Of a DNA stretch of 64,000 bases, positions 37,800 to 50,779 are shown one piece after another (the stretch's first letter is position 1; each line of letters opens with the position of its first letter). The position numbers and the translations under genes are program-made. The notes beneath the pieces were generated by a model. It searched no databases and was not told where the DNA came from. It saw only the letters and a program-made list of their open reading frames with translations. Source of the stretch: Octopus bimaculoides (lineage: Eukaryota); NCBI RefSeq assembly GCF_001194135.2, contig NC_068985.1, forward strand, positions 62,624,538 to 62,688,537, written 5' to 3'.

Positions 37800-40151
37800 A
37801 ATCAACTGTTACAAGGATAAAGGTGATGTCTTAGAGAGAAGTAATTATAAAAGTATCAAATTGCTAGGCCAGGTCATGGCAGTCACAGAAAGGATTACAG
37901 CCCAACTAATTAGGAAGAGAGTTAACTTAGGTAAGGTGCAGTTTGTACCAGGGAGAAGTACTACTGATGCTCTCTTCACAGTAAGACAACCGCAGGAGAA
38001 GTATTTAGCCAAAAATAAATCACTGTACTCTTGGTATTTGTTGACATGGAGACAAGGTCTCTTGCTCACTCATCTGGTAGTCACTGCAGAAGTTTGGGAT
38101 AGATACATGAATGCCTGGTGAGAGCCATCCAAACAATGTATAGAGGTGTTGTCAGTAAGGTGAGAGTTAGTAATGACTATAGTAATGAATTTAATGAGTA
38201 TAATAATGAATTTTAGTAGTTCACTATAGCTTGATTCTCAATTACCTCTTATTTATTATAGACTTCCAGGCTATAACAGAGGAGTTTGAGACTGTTGATA
38301 ACCTTGTTCTTATAGCCAAATCTATAGTAGAATTAGAAAGAAATTCCAGGTGTGGAAGCAAAACCTAGAATCAAAGGGCCTTAAAGCTAACTTAGCAAAG
38401 ACCAAAGTTCTACTAAGCAAGAAAATAGACAAATCTCTAATCCCTTCAGGAAAATGGCCCTGCTCATTATGTATAAAAGGTGTAGGTAAAAATTCCATAT
38501 GATGTACCAACTGTAAACATAAGAGGTACAGGGCAATCACAGGAAGGTTAATAGAGAAAGCGGACTTTGGACTTTGTGTGCAGAAGATTCCTAGGAGCAA
38601 TACACATGAATACAATATGAATGAAGAGGGAATGGATTTCCTTGAATGACCAGAAGGATCCTTAGAAGTAGTAGACACTTTTTGTTACCTAAGTGATCTG
38701 TTTAGCAGCAGAAGAGATAGTTCTGAAAGTATAGCTGCTACAATAAGAATAAGATGGAGGAAATTCAGAGAGCTATTACCTCTGTTGGCAACAAAGGTCT
38801 CTCTCTCAGAATGAAAGGTACATGGTATAATACTTGTGTATGAACAGTAATGCTACATGGTAGTGAGATGTGGGCTGTGGATGCTGCAGACAAGTAAAGG
38901 CATGAAACAAACAAAACTAGCATGTTCCACTGACTGTGCCGCATGTACAACAAAGTATGTGCAAAGAGGGAAACTGGGCATAAGAGACATCAGATGTAGT
39001 GTGCAGAAGAGAAGACTGGTCATGTGATGCATATGATGAGGACAGCTGCATACAGAAGTGCTGATCACTGAGTGTGGATGGAACCTGTGAAAAGGGAAAC
39101 CCAGGATGACATTGTATGATGTGAAAAACTACCTTCAGATGTTGAGCCTTACCAATGATATGACAAAAGATTGAGACGGGTGACAATTTGCTGTGCATGA
39201 GAAAACCCATTGATCTAAGTAAAAATGAGGCTCTAAAGCAGGGGTGTGCATAAGACACTTACCCAAAGTACCATGCAGTAGGACTGAACCCAAAACCATG
39301 TAGTTATGAAGCAAACTTCTGACCCCACAACACCTTGAGATCAATCTTTACCATTTTATTCCAAAATTTCTTCAGTCTGGCTCTCTTCCACAACACTTCT
39401 TTATACAGCTGTGCTCTTCTATATACATCACAAACCCATACTAATACAGCCTGCACATTATATATAATTCCTCTTGCATCCAGTTTTTGTTTTTCTTGGC
39501 TAATTTGTACTTTGCCATTCTGTAGATAACATTACATGGCCATTAAAACTTGCTTCATTTTTTGTCAGTCTTTACAAATTCTCTACCATGCAGCATTATA
39601 TTTCATACATTAAACATCACACAGTTCAATCTGCCCTTCACTCTGAGGTAGAGGCCCTTTGTTGTCAACTGAGGTTACACACACACACTACAAATGATCG
39701 CAATATCTGGAACAATAAAAGTCCGCAAGACCTTAAGATTTAAAGGATGATGAACAAAATAAGATGCTTTCCTTCACAACCTTGCTACCAAGGCTGGTCA
39801 AAATTTACTCTAAATTAAAAAGAGGAAGAGCATACATGCATGTATGCATCTATCCATGCATGCATGCATCCATCCATCCATCCATACATACATACATACA
39901 TTCACATCCAGTGGACGTGAATGTACAATCAAAATTCTAAGAAAAAGAGACCATTTATGGTGAATTAATGTGGAAATCACAGCTCTTGCACCCTGACTGT
40001 GAATTCTCATTTGTACCTCTTATCATAGGTGCATTAGGTTATGCACCAACAAATTTGCACAAAAGCCTTATATCTCTCAGTGTCTTATCTGTAATTTGTA
40101 GCTTACAAAAAAATTATGAAACAATGAGCAGACAAAAGTGTTAGAAATGAT

Positions 40152-40350
40152 ATCATCATCATCATCATCGTTTAACATCCACTTTCCATGCTAGCATGGG
40201 TTGGACGATTTGACTGAGGACTGGCGAACCAAATGGCTGCACTAGGCTCCAATCTGATCTGGCAGAGTTTCTACAGCTGGATGCCCTTCCTAATGCCAAC
40301 CACTCCGAGAGTATAGTGGGTGCTTTTACGTGCTACTGGCACAAGGGCCA
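40152..40350 (-). mobile_element. (GAT)n-tailed retroposon 3' fragment
   Basis: Same family as 14541, 57530 and 63657. Confidence 0.75.
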
Positions 40351-41423
40351 ATCAACTGAAGTCATTGAAGACAGAGCTCCATAAGCTTAATCCAGTGAAA
40401 GTAAGGGGGAAAGTTAATCTTCAAAGATAAAACCATTTAGTGTAATCTGCTTCACTAAGACACAACTAATATGGAACTGTACTATTACAGTATCTATATC
40501 ATTGATAGTTAATTATTGGTAACTAATGTCTAATTACTGGTATATATATATGTATGTATGTAGCTTGTGGTTAATTACAAGCACAGTAAAGATATAACCC
40601 CGAAGTTAATTTAGCAGACATAAAACAATGATGTTAACAATAAAATTAACACATAATGATCAACATATTGTACATTAACACATAACAATTGACACATAGA
40701 GGTTAACATGTTATAACAGTTAACCTCTCTCATATCATGTACCACACCTACAAGCATCGGCAATCATGGATCTTCATGCTGAAGTCTGAAGATTAATGAT
40801 CTTTCTTGAAGAAAAATACAACAGTGGTTTCCTGTAACCTTCTGCTAATCTCTTGCTCTCCTGAGTCTGTACTTGAGACACATGGCCTTAAGAAGGGAGA
40901 CTGGTTCATGTGAAATGATGGCATGTCCACACACCAGTGAACCCGTGTGACACATGTCTAGTAACCATCTCTCTTCTAAGTCCTTTTATACCTTTAGCCA
41001 CTGAACCCTTTTCTGCTATTTGATGCATTATTAGGTCCCTTGATAGGTACTACCACTCTAAAACTGAACAGAACTGGGAGTATGGGTGACTAAGATGTAA
41101 CTTCATAGCTCCTCAGCTGGAATCTCACTTCTGAATGCAGATTGCAATCTTGCCCAGAACAATACATAACAAATACATAACATACAACAACAGATACCAC
41201 ATTAAAGTAGCTAAGACATAGTGTTTAACACACTATAATAGTTAACACATTATAGAGGCTAATAGTGTTTAACACATAAGAGTTAACACAGCACAGTGAT
41301 TAACACATTATAACAGTTAATACATTATAGAGGTTAATACATTGAAATGATATGAAACAAAGGAATCAAGAGAAATAAAAAGACCTTTCAATGCTAGCTG
41401 ACTATTTATATCCAAAAATTTAC

Positions 41424-41566
41424 CTTTGGTTTTGTGGCTACTAAACTGACATGGGATGGTATTGGAGGTAAATTCACATAACATGATGAAGAAACATCTT
41501 CATTGTTTTTTAACTTTTCCATATTCTGATCAAAATTTCCAAATTTTAGTGGTTTCTCATCATAAT
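41424..41566 (-). CDS. Host gene internal exon, 143 nt: YDEKPLKFGNFDQNMEKLKNNEDVSSSCYVNLPPIPSHVSLVATKPK
   Basis: Acceptor TTCTTTTATTTAG, donor AAG|GTAAAT; phase 1 to 0; lies within ORF 41406-41603. Confidence 0.75.
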
Positions 41567-42129
41567 CTAAATAAAAGAAGTAAACTGAATGACATATCAC
41601 CAAAAAATCAGGTTCAATAATAAATTGTTGCTTAAATCTATTAATTTATTGGCAAAATGTAAGAATTAATGATCTTTGTTTAATTAATTAGATACTTTGT
41701 ATCAAATGTTTTATTTTTTTAAGAACATGAATGAACATAAGTCATAAATGGGTTAAACCATAGCTGTGGGTTTAGAAGTTTGTTTCACGACATGGTTTCA
41801 GGTTCAATCTCACTGTGTGAAATCTTGGACAAGTATCTTCTATTATAGCTTTGGATTAATGCTCCGTGAGTGTAATTGAGTAAACAGTATCTGTATTTGG
41901 GCCTGTATTAAGGATCATCCATGTTTTTTGGAAGAGTAAGACAGACTTGATCTTTCAGTCAGTTTAACAGTACACCTTGGTCCTTGAATTGTTCAACAGA
42001 ATCCAGTCTGTTACAATTACTTGCATTAGGGATTAGGGACAGGTGTGTGTGTGTGTGTGTGTGTGTGAACGTGTATGCATGCATGTGTGAGTGTGTGTGT
42101 GTGCAAGCACATATGTACACATATGAAGA

Positions 42130-45100
42130 CGAGGATGTGCAAATTTTACCTGCAAGTCAAATGTTGGCATGGGGAGGACGGTACAAACTGCCAGTTTACT
42201 CACCAGAGACACCACTAAAACTGCAGGGGCCTCAAGGAGAAATACTTCCCAGAGGAAAGGTACCAATCATCTCCAAAAAGGAACTATACAGATACAGTGT
42301 GCTCTTCAGATGTTATATGAAAGGCAGCAGCTGAGCAAAAGTCTTTTTTCTGCATGGCGCAAAAGATTGTGCACTAGCTGACCTGGCTACATCAAGCGCA
42401 ATTACAGAACCTTGCCCACCACTGCACAAGACAACCACCATCAACAGACATGGGATGGCCTCCCCTAACACCAACACAGTCGTCGCGTAAATATTTCTAC
42501 TAAATATTGGAAGCTTGTTGCATCACAACAAAAACAAAATCTTTTCCTGAGAGACCTTGCTGCATGCAATCAAGCCCTATGCATAGCACTCATGGAAACT
42601 CATCTGAGGCCTGATATAGAGGATGCAGAAGTACAAGTACCAAAATATACCATACTGCGAACAGACAGAACGGAAAGGAGCCATGGTGGAGTTGCTGCAT
42701 ACATCCGTGAGGACCTCACACACCAGGTCCTACTGTCATATTCAAATTCCGTTATGTCTCAAGCTACTGCTATCTAGCACCTTCGGATGATCTCTACTCA
42801 ACCACTACACAACTGCTACTCGACTGCTACACAACACTCCTACCACGGCCAGATTACCTCTATTTATATGTCTTGGGAGATCCTACTTCTTCACCTGGGG
42901 GCTTCGACACAACACGGCTCCCTTTTGAGTTTTGTTTTTTCTTTTCAAAAAATAAACGAATTTATCAATTTTATTTCCTCGGTGAGAAACTGGCATATCT
43001 TTTTCTCTTAGCATTTATTTCCATCATTTCTGTAGGTTTTCTCTTCCTACTTGACCTACGTGTCGGTTCCGCTTTCACTTGTAGTTCTGGGACCTCGAAC
43101 AAATCATACCATGTATCCATTTGTTCCTCTCGCCTCTCTTGGTTTTTGGTATATCTTTTTTTTTAATTGGTTTAAATGCCTTCTGTGTTCATATTTCGGT
43201 CCTTTTAATGTGTACATCACATTACCCAGATGTCCCGTTATACTTCCTTGTTCCCAGTCCTGTTTTCCATTATTATATACTCTAAAATACACTTTGTCAC
43301 CTGTTTCCTGCTCGACAACCATTTGTCAAAAATAGAACGAATTTTTCTGGAAAACATCAAATCTGCGGGTGACCTATCCGACTCTGCATTTGGATTCGGT
43401 GTTATTCTATACACCTGCAAAAACTTTGTCATCTTTGTATCTTCAAAGGTTTCCCGTCTGGTCTTCCTTAAAGCTCTCTTGAATGTGTCGACGAATCTTT
43501 CCACTAACCCATTTGACTTTGGGTGGTATGGCGGAGTTAACACATGCTTCATCTGAACTGACTTACAGAATCTTTTGAACTCCTTCGCTGTGAATTGTGT
43601 CCCATTATCTGACACGATAGTATCTGGCACTCCATACCGAGCGAACAGTTCTTCCAAGAAGTCAATCGTCACACTTGTGGTTGGCCTTGAACATTTACAC
43701 ACTTCAGGCCATTTGGAATAGCTATCCACCACAATGATATAATAGGAGCCATTTAATGGTCCTGCGAAATCCACATGTAGTCTAGACCATGCTGAATCCG
43801 TTTTTGGCCAAGGCTGTAGCTGCACTGGAAGCGCCCTTGCTGCCATCGTGCATCCCCTACACTGTTGTACCAGTCTCTCAATTTGCTTGTCCATATTTGG
43901 CCAATAAGGCTCTATATCCGGACAATCCCCGGATGTCCAACATGAAAATCTTTTAATACTCTGTTTTGCAGTACTTCATTTATTACCACTCCTTGCTCAT
44001 ATAATAATACCTCATCACATACTGAATAGTACTTTGAACCTACGTCCCGCTCATTTATATTTTTTGTGTTACACAAAATATTTTTAATCTTATTTATAAA
44101 CCTTTCATTTTCCGATTTCAATTTAATTTCTTCCAGCATTACTGGCAAATCACATACTACATTGCACAAAATGTTCTTCAGTTCCTTTTCTAGTTTTAAC
44201 AATGCAATCACCGTGTCTTCAAAAAGTTCCTCATATTAAGGAATCAGCCTAGACAACCTGTCTGCATGTCCCATTTTCATTGATGGCAAAAACTCCATCT
44301 GAAAATTGTAGTTCAACAGAGTAGTTCCCCAGCGTTGTAAGCGGTTTGCTGAGTGCGTGGGGATACCCTTTTTCGAACCGAAAATAGACAATAACGGTCG
44401 GTGATCCGTTTGCAGTGTAAACTTCTTCCCATGTAAGAATTTATGGAATTTTTTAACTGCGAAGATTAATGATAACGCCTCTTTTTCAATCTGGCTGTAG
44501 TTTCTTTCCGCTGGGACAGAACTTTTGATGCATATGCAATAGCTTTGATTTTACCATCATTAAATTTATGCAATATAACCGCTCCTATACCATATTCACT
44601 GGCGTCCGGTGCTACAATTATTTTCAATTTTGGGTTGAAATGAGTTAATGATAACTCTGAAGTTAACCNNNNNNNNNNNNNNNNNNNNNNNNNNNNNNNN
44701 NNNNNNNNNNNNNNNNNNNNNNNNNNNNNNNNNNNNNNNNNNNNNNNNNNNNNNNNNNNNNNNNNNNNNNNNNNNNNNNNNNNNNNNNNNNNNNNNNNNN
44801 NNNNNNNNNNNNNNNNNNNNNNNNNNNNNNNNNNNNNNNNNNNNNNNNNNNNNNNNNNNNNNNNNNNNNNNNNNNNNNNNNNNNNNNNNNNNNNNNNNNN
44901 NNNNNNNNNNNNNNNNNNNNNNNNNNNNNNNNNNNNNNNNNNNNNNNNNNNNNNNNNNNNNNNNNNNNNNNNNNNNNNNNNNNNNNNNNNNNNNNNNNNN
45001 NNNNNNNNNNNNNNNNNNNNNNNNNNNNNNNNNNNNNNNNNNNNNNNNNNNNNNNNNNNNNNNNNNNNNNNNNNNNNNNNNNNNNNNNNNNNNNNNNNNN

Positions 45101-48100
45101 NNNNNNNNNNNNNNNNNNNNNNNNNNNNNNNNNNNNNNNNNNNNNNNNNNNAATACTTTAGCACATTCTTCATCTACCTGTAATTGGAGGTAGGCCTCAG
45201 ACAAATCCAGCTTGGAAAAAATTTTCCCACCATTGCACTTGGCAAATACTTCTTCTGGGTTTGGAAGTGGATAATTATACTTTTTTAAACAGTCATTCAG
45301 CCCAGTTGAGAAGTCAGCACATACTTTTACCTCGTTATTCTTCTTTTTTATATATACCGTAGGAGCCACCCACTCTGAGTAATCCACTTTTTCAATTACT
45401 TCCAGGTCTTCCAATCGTTTTAATTCCTTCTCTGTTTGATTCAACGCCGCAAACAGTACATTCCTTTTCGGTTTAAACACAAGCACCACATTTTCTTTTA
45501 ACTCAAACTTTACTTTAATTTTTTCACACATACCGAGCTCTTTCGAAAAGATATCCGAGTACATCCTTTTCAGTTTTAATTTCATTTTTTCCGATGCTTT
45601 CTCTGACACGGGCTGTGACGCATTCACCTTGTTACACAATGTATTCAGTGATAGATCCCACAGGTCGAATCTTTCCATTAAATCTGTCCCAAACAGATTC
45701 ATTGTATTTTTTTCTATCATTAGTTTACATTTCCGTGTCCTGTTTTTAAGTTTCATTTCTGTTGAGGTTTCACCCAAGAATCGAACTTGTTCTCCTGACA
45801 CACGATGGGCTATCCTAGTAGTCTTTTTATGCAACGGCCTGCCTATTTTACTCGATGTTGCCATATTTATTATTGATACGTCTGAACCAGTATCTAATTG
45901 CATTTTGGTCTGAAACCCATTTATTTCTACCGACACAAATTTTCAGTTTTGTCTGGTATAATTTACTTTTGTTGAGTAGACTTTCTTTTGTTTTACCGTT
46001 TTCTTTGACTGGCATTTTGTCTGTATATGCTCAATTTTACCACACTTAAAACAGGTTTTATCTTTAAAGGGGCAATCTTTCCTCAAATGTTGCTCTCCGC
46101 AACCATAGCACCGTTTTGAATTAAAATTTTTCCTTCTTTGTATACTTTCTTTACACATTTGTACATTATTCTTGTCTTCTGTTTTCCTTGTATCATCTCG
46201 AAGGTTTATTATTTGTTGNNNNNNNNNNNNNNNNNNNNNNNNNNNNNNNNNNNNNNNNNNNNNNNNNNNNNNNNNNNNNNNNNNNNNNNNNNNNNNNNNN
46301 NNNNNNNNNNNNNNNNNNNNNNNNNNNNNNNNNNNNNNNNNNNNNNNNNNNNNNNNNNNNNNNNNNNNNNNNNNNNNNNNNNNNNNNNNNNNNNNNNNNN
46401 NNNNNNNNNNNNNNNNNNNNNNNNNNNNNNNNNNNNNNNNNNNNNNNNNNNNNNNNNNNNNNNNNNNNNNNNNNNNNNNNNNNNNNNNNNNNNNNNNNNN
46501 NNNNNNNNNNNNNNNNNNNNNNNNNNNNNNNNNNNNNNNNNNNNNNNNNNNNNNNNNNNNNNNNNNNNNNNNNNNNNNNNNNNNNNNNNNNNNNNNNNNN
46601 NNNNNNNNNNNNNNNNNNNNNNNNNNNNNNNNNNNNNNNNNNNNNNNNNNNNNNNNNNNNNNNNNNNNNNNNNNNNNNNNNNNNNNNNNNNNNNNNNNNN
46701 NNNNNNNNNNNNNNNNNNNNNNNNNNNNNNNNNNNNNNNNNNNNNNNNNNNNNNNNNNNNNNNNNNNNNNNNNNNNNNNNNNNNNNNNNNNNNNNNNNNN
46801 NNNNNNNNNNNNNNNNNNNNNNNNNNNNNNNNNNNNNNNNNNNNNNNNNNNNNNNNNNNNNNNNNNNNNNNNNNNNNNNNNNNNNNNNNNNNNNNNNNNN
46901 NNNNNNNNNNNNNNNNNNNNNNNNNNNNNNNNNNNNNNNNNNNNNNNNNNNNNNNNNNNNNNNNNNNNNNNNNNNNNNNNCTTTCGCAAAAGGAGTCTTA
47001 CCTTCCTTTCACTAGACCATCCCTTGCATTCCTCTCGCAATATATCTTCGTATCATCTGTAATATGCCACAAAAGTAGTTCCTTCATCTGGATTGTACTG
47101 AAATTCTTCGATGGAATTTGCAACACCATCTGCTGAAAATGATTCTGTCATATTTCTTGACTGCAGTAACAATTCTGTTAACTTCTGTAGTTGCTGATGC
47201 TCTTGTTGTTTCACTTGCTGCTCTTGTTTCACAACTGCTTTCAGTAACTCTTCCATTTTTGGTGCTATTAGAAACCTTGTCGCCACTGTTATATCGCAAT
47301 ACTACACAGTGGTTGTGTGAGCTGCAAATCCTCGTCGCCACTGTTATGTCTCAACCTACTGCTATCTAGCACCTTCGGATGATCTCTACTCAACCGCTAC
47401 ACAACTGCTACTCGACCGCTACTCAACACTCCTACCACGGCCAGACTACTTCTATTTATATGTCTTGGGAGATCCTTACTTCTTCGCCTGGGGGCATCAA
47501 CACAACAAATTCAATATGTGACATTCTAGTTGCATACATAAGATAACACAATATAGTTATATGCAATACATATCACCTACCAGATGCTCCAAACCATGCA
47601 GGCAAGTTTGAAGATTGCCACACAAGAATAAAAGAAACCCTCATGAAATTGGAACATCACGTGAATGTGTTTCTTATGGGTGATTTCAACTTACCCAGTG
47701 TCAAATGGCCCGAAGGTCTCATGCTCTCAGGAATGACTCCTTGCAAACAAGTACAGGTGGAGTCCCTGCTCAACCTCACCAATGCCCTATTCATGGAGCA
47801 AATTGTGCTCTGACCAACCAGGGTGAATAACATATTGGATCTCTGCTTCACAAACAATATGGACATCGTTCATGATGTGAAAGTGACACCGACATAAGTT
47901 TTGGATCACAACATAATAGAGCTGTCTATGTATAGACCAAAAGTAACCAGAAACATACAGCCTAAAGGAAGCACCCAAAATCTCTCCATTCTGAATTTGC
48001 ACAAAGCAGACTGGAAATCGTTCCAAAAAGAGAATCCTCAGACAGGACTGGCTGAAATGTCCTTCGACACCAGACATACCAATGTCTGGTGTTGAGGGAC

Positions 48101-49300
48101 AAAGTAGAATATTTCATGTCAGTTATGCAAACCATATGCCATAGATATGTCCCAGAGCACAAGGCCAACACAAAACGGAACAAGATTCAAAGGGAGAGGA
48201 AGGTCCTCATGAGGCAATGGACAAAAGTTGCAAATCGCTTCAACCAACATCAAAAAAGTAGTGAAAGGTCACGCCTAAAAACAACACTGATGGAGATAGA
48301 AAACAGCCTGCAACAATCCTATGTGAAAGAGAGAGCAAACAAAGAAGACTTCTTTCATTATGCCAAAGAAACAACCTCAATACGCTGCAAAACAGAACCC
48401 CGTCTTCCAGAATGATGGCTCCCTCACAGATAACCCAACCAAGATCAGTGAGGTACTGAACGACCAGTTCAAAAGTGTCTTTACCACCCCATACAACATA
48501 GACAAGTAAACAAGCCAGTGGATTTCTTTGCCACCTCACCTATAACCAGCAAGCCAGTTACAATGGATTACATTGACATTGGGGAACAAGAAAATACTGA
48601 CCATAGATAAGGTGGACGCAGGCTCAACTGCTAGCCCTGATGGCTTCCCAGTAGTCCCCCTCAAATCGTGTAAACATGCCCTGGCAAAATCACTACAGAT
48701 TCCCTTCCAGAGCTCTCTTGCAAATGGCAAGCTACCAAGTAAACTGAAGGAGGGAATAATATGCCCAATCCATAAAGGAGGAAGCAGAGCTGATGTCAAA
48801 ACCTATAGGTCTATCTCTCTTACTTCACACATCAGCAAAGTCATTGAACAAATAGTTAGAGGGAAACTAATTGCATTCCTTGAAGAAAATGACTTGCTGA
48901 GTGATACCCAGCATGGCTTTCAACCAGGTAGGAGCTGCCTATCCAGCTCCTACAGTACTATGACTGGGTGTTGAGGCAGTTACTCAACAACTCAAATGTG
49001 GACATAATATACCTTGACTTTGCAAAAGCTTTTGATAAAGTTGATCATGGTATGATATGCCACAAACTGCATGATCTCAGCATAGCTGAAAAACTCGGAA
49101 CTGGATAATAGTGGCCCTCAGCTGCCCAGATAGCCACCCTTGCTAGCTATGCAAACGATATGAAAGTCTCACAGAAAATACAAAACCCTAGCGATGTTGC
49201 AGTAGGAGCTGGACTCAATTTACAGATGGGCTAAGAACAATAATATCCAGTTAAATGCTGGAAAGTTTCAAGCCCTTTGCTACCATCACCCAAAACTGAA
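42130..49300 (+). mobile_element. CR1-like LINE (ORF1 end, AP endonuclease, RT) split by a Gypsy insertion
   Basis: ALMETHL, RTDR..RSHGGVAAYIR; rejoined LSYSNS|ICDILVAYI; MGDFNLP, NILDLCFTN, YRSISLTSHISK, QHGF, YLDFAKAFDKVDH. Confidence 0.85.
42750..47507 (-). mobile_element. Full-length Ty3/Gypsy element with 165/166-bp LTRs and a 5-bp TSD (AATTC)
   Basis: LTRs 42750-42914 and 47342-47507; AATTC at 42745-42749 and 47508-47512; PBS TGGCGACGAGGAT; PPT-like AAAAGGGAG; gag, CCHC, protease LDTGS, RT, RNase H (DASEYGIG) and integrase (HVDFAGP, SDNG, SNGLVERFVDTFKRAL). Confidence 0.95.
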
Positions 49301-49807
49301 TTTTGGGTGATGGTAGTTTTTTTTTAGATTTTAGTTTTCTTAGTTTGTATTTTAAGTTTAAGTTTTAAATTTAAACCTTGAATTTTAGGTTTAATTCTTA
49401 ATCTTTTATCTCATATCATTTAATGGCTATGAAGCTTGAAATACAATTTTAAATATCTGCACTAAACTATTGTCCTTATAACCTTACCTAGATTAAACTT
49501 CCACCCAAGCTCTACTGAAACTTTAACGTTTGACCTCTAACCTCCATACAATACTGACATATCTAAACTTTTATTTATTTATATTTATCTTATCATTCTT
49601 TACCCTGTTACCTCTATCTTATTTTATTTTTACTCCTTTTCTCTTCTCTCCCATACACACTCACTCACAAAATCCATTTAGGACATATGTCATTACCTTT
49701 TCTTTTATTTTAGTATTTTTATTATTTATATTTATACTTTTATTTATTCTTATTTTCCATTTTACCACTATCTTCTAACCCTTTCTCCTATCCCTATTTC
49801 TCTCTTT

Positions 49808-49854
<47 letters not shown>

Positions 49855-49956
49855 CACCCACTCACAAAACCCACTTATGTCCATCATACTTTCTCACTCA
49901 ATATACACATCTACAACTTGAATACCTCATTCAGAACACTGCCAAAATATTGCATC

Positions 49957-50280
49957 CATATCCTCTGGACAAAGACGAGTTGCGAACATTATTCTCCTTC
50001 TAACTACTTTTACTCTTTATTCTTCTATTTTACTACTTTATTCTTCTATTTTATTCCTTATAAACTGTGAATTTTATTCCTTGTAAACTGTAAATTTTCC
50101 CAGTCTAAAATATTCATACCTTGTCTCTGATGATGGAATTTCCAGTGTACAGATATGCTAGCCAACTACTTGGGTAATCCTAGAAACAGCCGTAAGACTT
50201 CAAATTCACCTTACCCTAATAAAATTATTCTAAATGACTTGAGATACTCATTCTGCTTTAGTTTTGATTTTTCCTCTAAT
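49957..50280 (+). repeat. 324-bp direct repeat, copy 1 (pLTR/retrozyme-like, carries a hammerhead)
   Basis: Colinear with 52378-52701 at a constant offset of 2421. Confidence 0.85.
50123..50198 (+). ncRNA. Type I hammerhead ribozyme motif (family B, copy 1)
   Basis: GTCT / CTGATGA / long imperfect stem II / GAAAC-AGCC-GTA / AGAC. Stem I is GTCT:AGAC; predicted cleavage after GUA at 50194. Confidence 0.75.
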
Positions 50281-50779
50281 ATATATATATATATATATAT
50301 AAACATAATTAAGGGATCAGCAAACATTTGCTTCACCATATACCGAAGTTCAGAAATAGCAGCTAAAAAAGCTGCTATTTCTGAACTTCGGTATATGGTG
50401 AAGCAAATGTTTNNNNNNNNNNNNNNNNNNNNNNNNNNNNNNNNNNNNNNNNNNNNNNNNNNNNNNNNNNNNNNNNNNNNNNNNNNNNNNNNNNNNNNNN
50501 NNNNNNNNNNNNNNNNNNNNNNNNNNNNNNNNNNNNNNNNNNNNNNNNNNNNNNNNNNNNNNNNNNNNNNNNNNNNNNNNNNNNNNNNNNNNNNNNNNNN
50601 NNNNNNNNNNNNNNNNNNNNNNNNNNNNNNNNNNNNNNNNNNNNNNNNNNNNNNNNNNNNNNNNNNNNNNNNNNNNNNNNNNNNNNNNNNNNNNNNNNNN
50701 NNNNNNNNNNNNNNNNNNNNNNNNNNNNNNNNNNNNNNNNNNNNNNNNNNNNNNNNNNNNNNNNNNNNNNNNNNNNNNN

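Larger units (their letters stand above)
34430..39230 (+). mobile_element. Decayed RTE LINE interrupted by a Chapaev-like DNA transposon
   Basis: Endonuclease and RT remnants (GKASGPSGI; II|INCYKDKGD rejoined across the insert; GRSTTDALF; LEVVDTFCYLSD; C-terminal AVHEKT). Confidence 0.85.
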
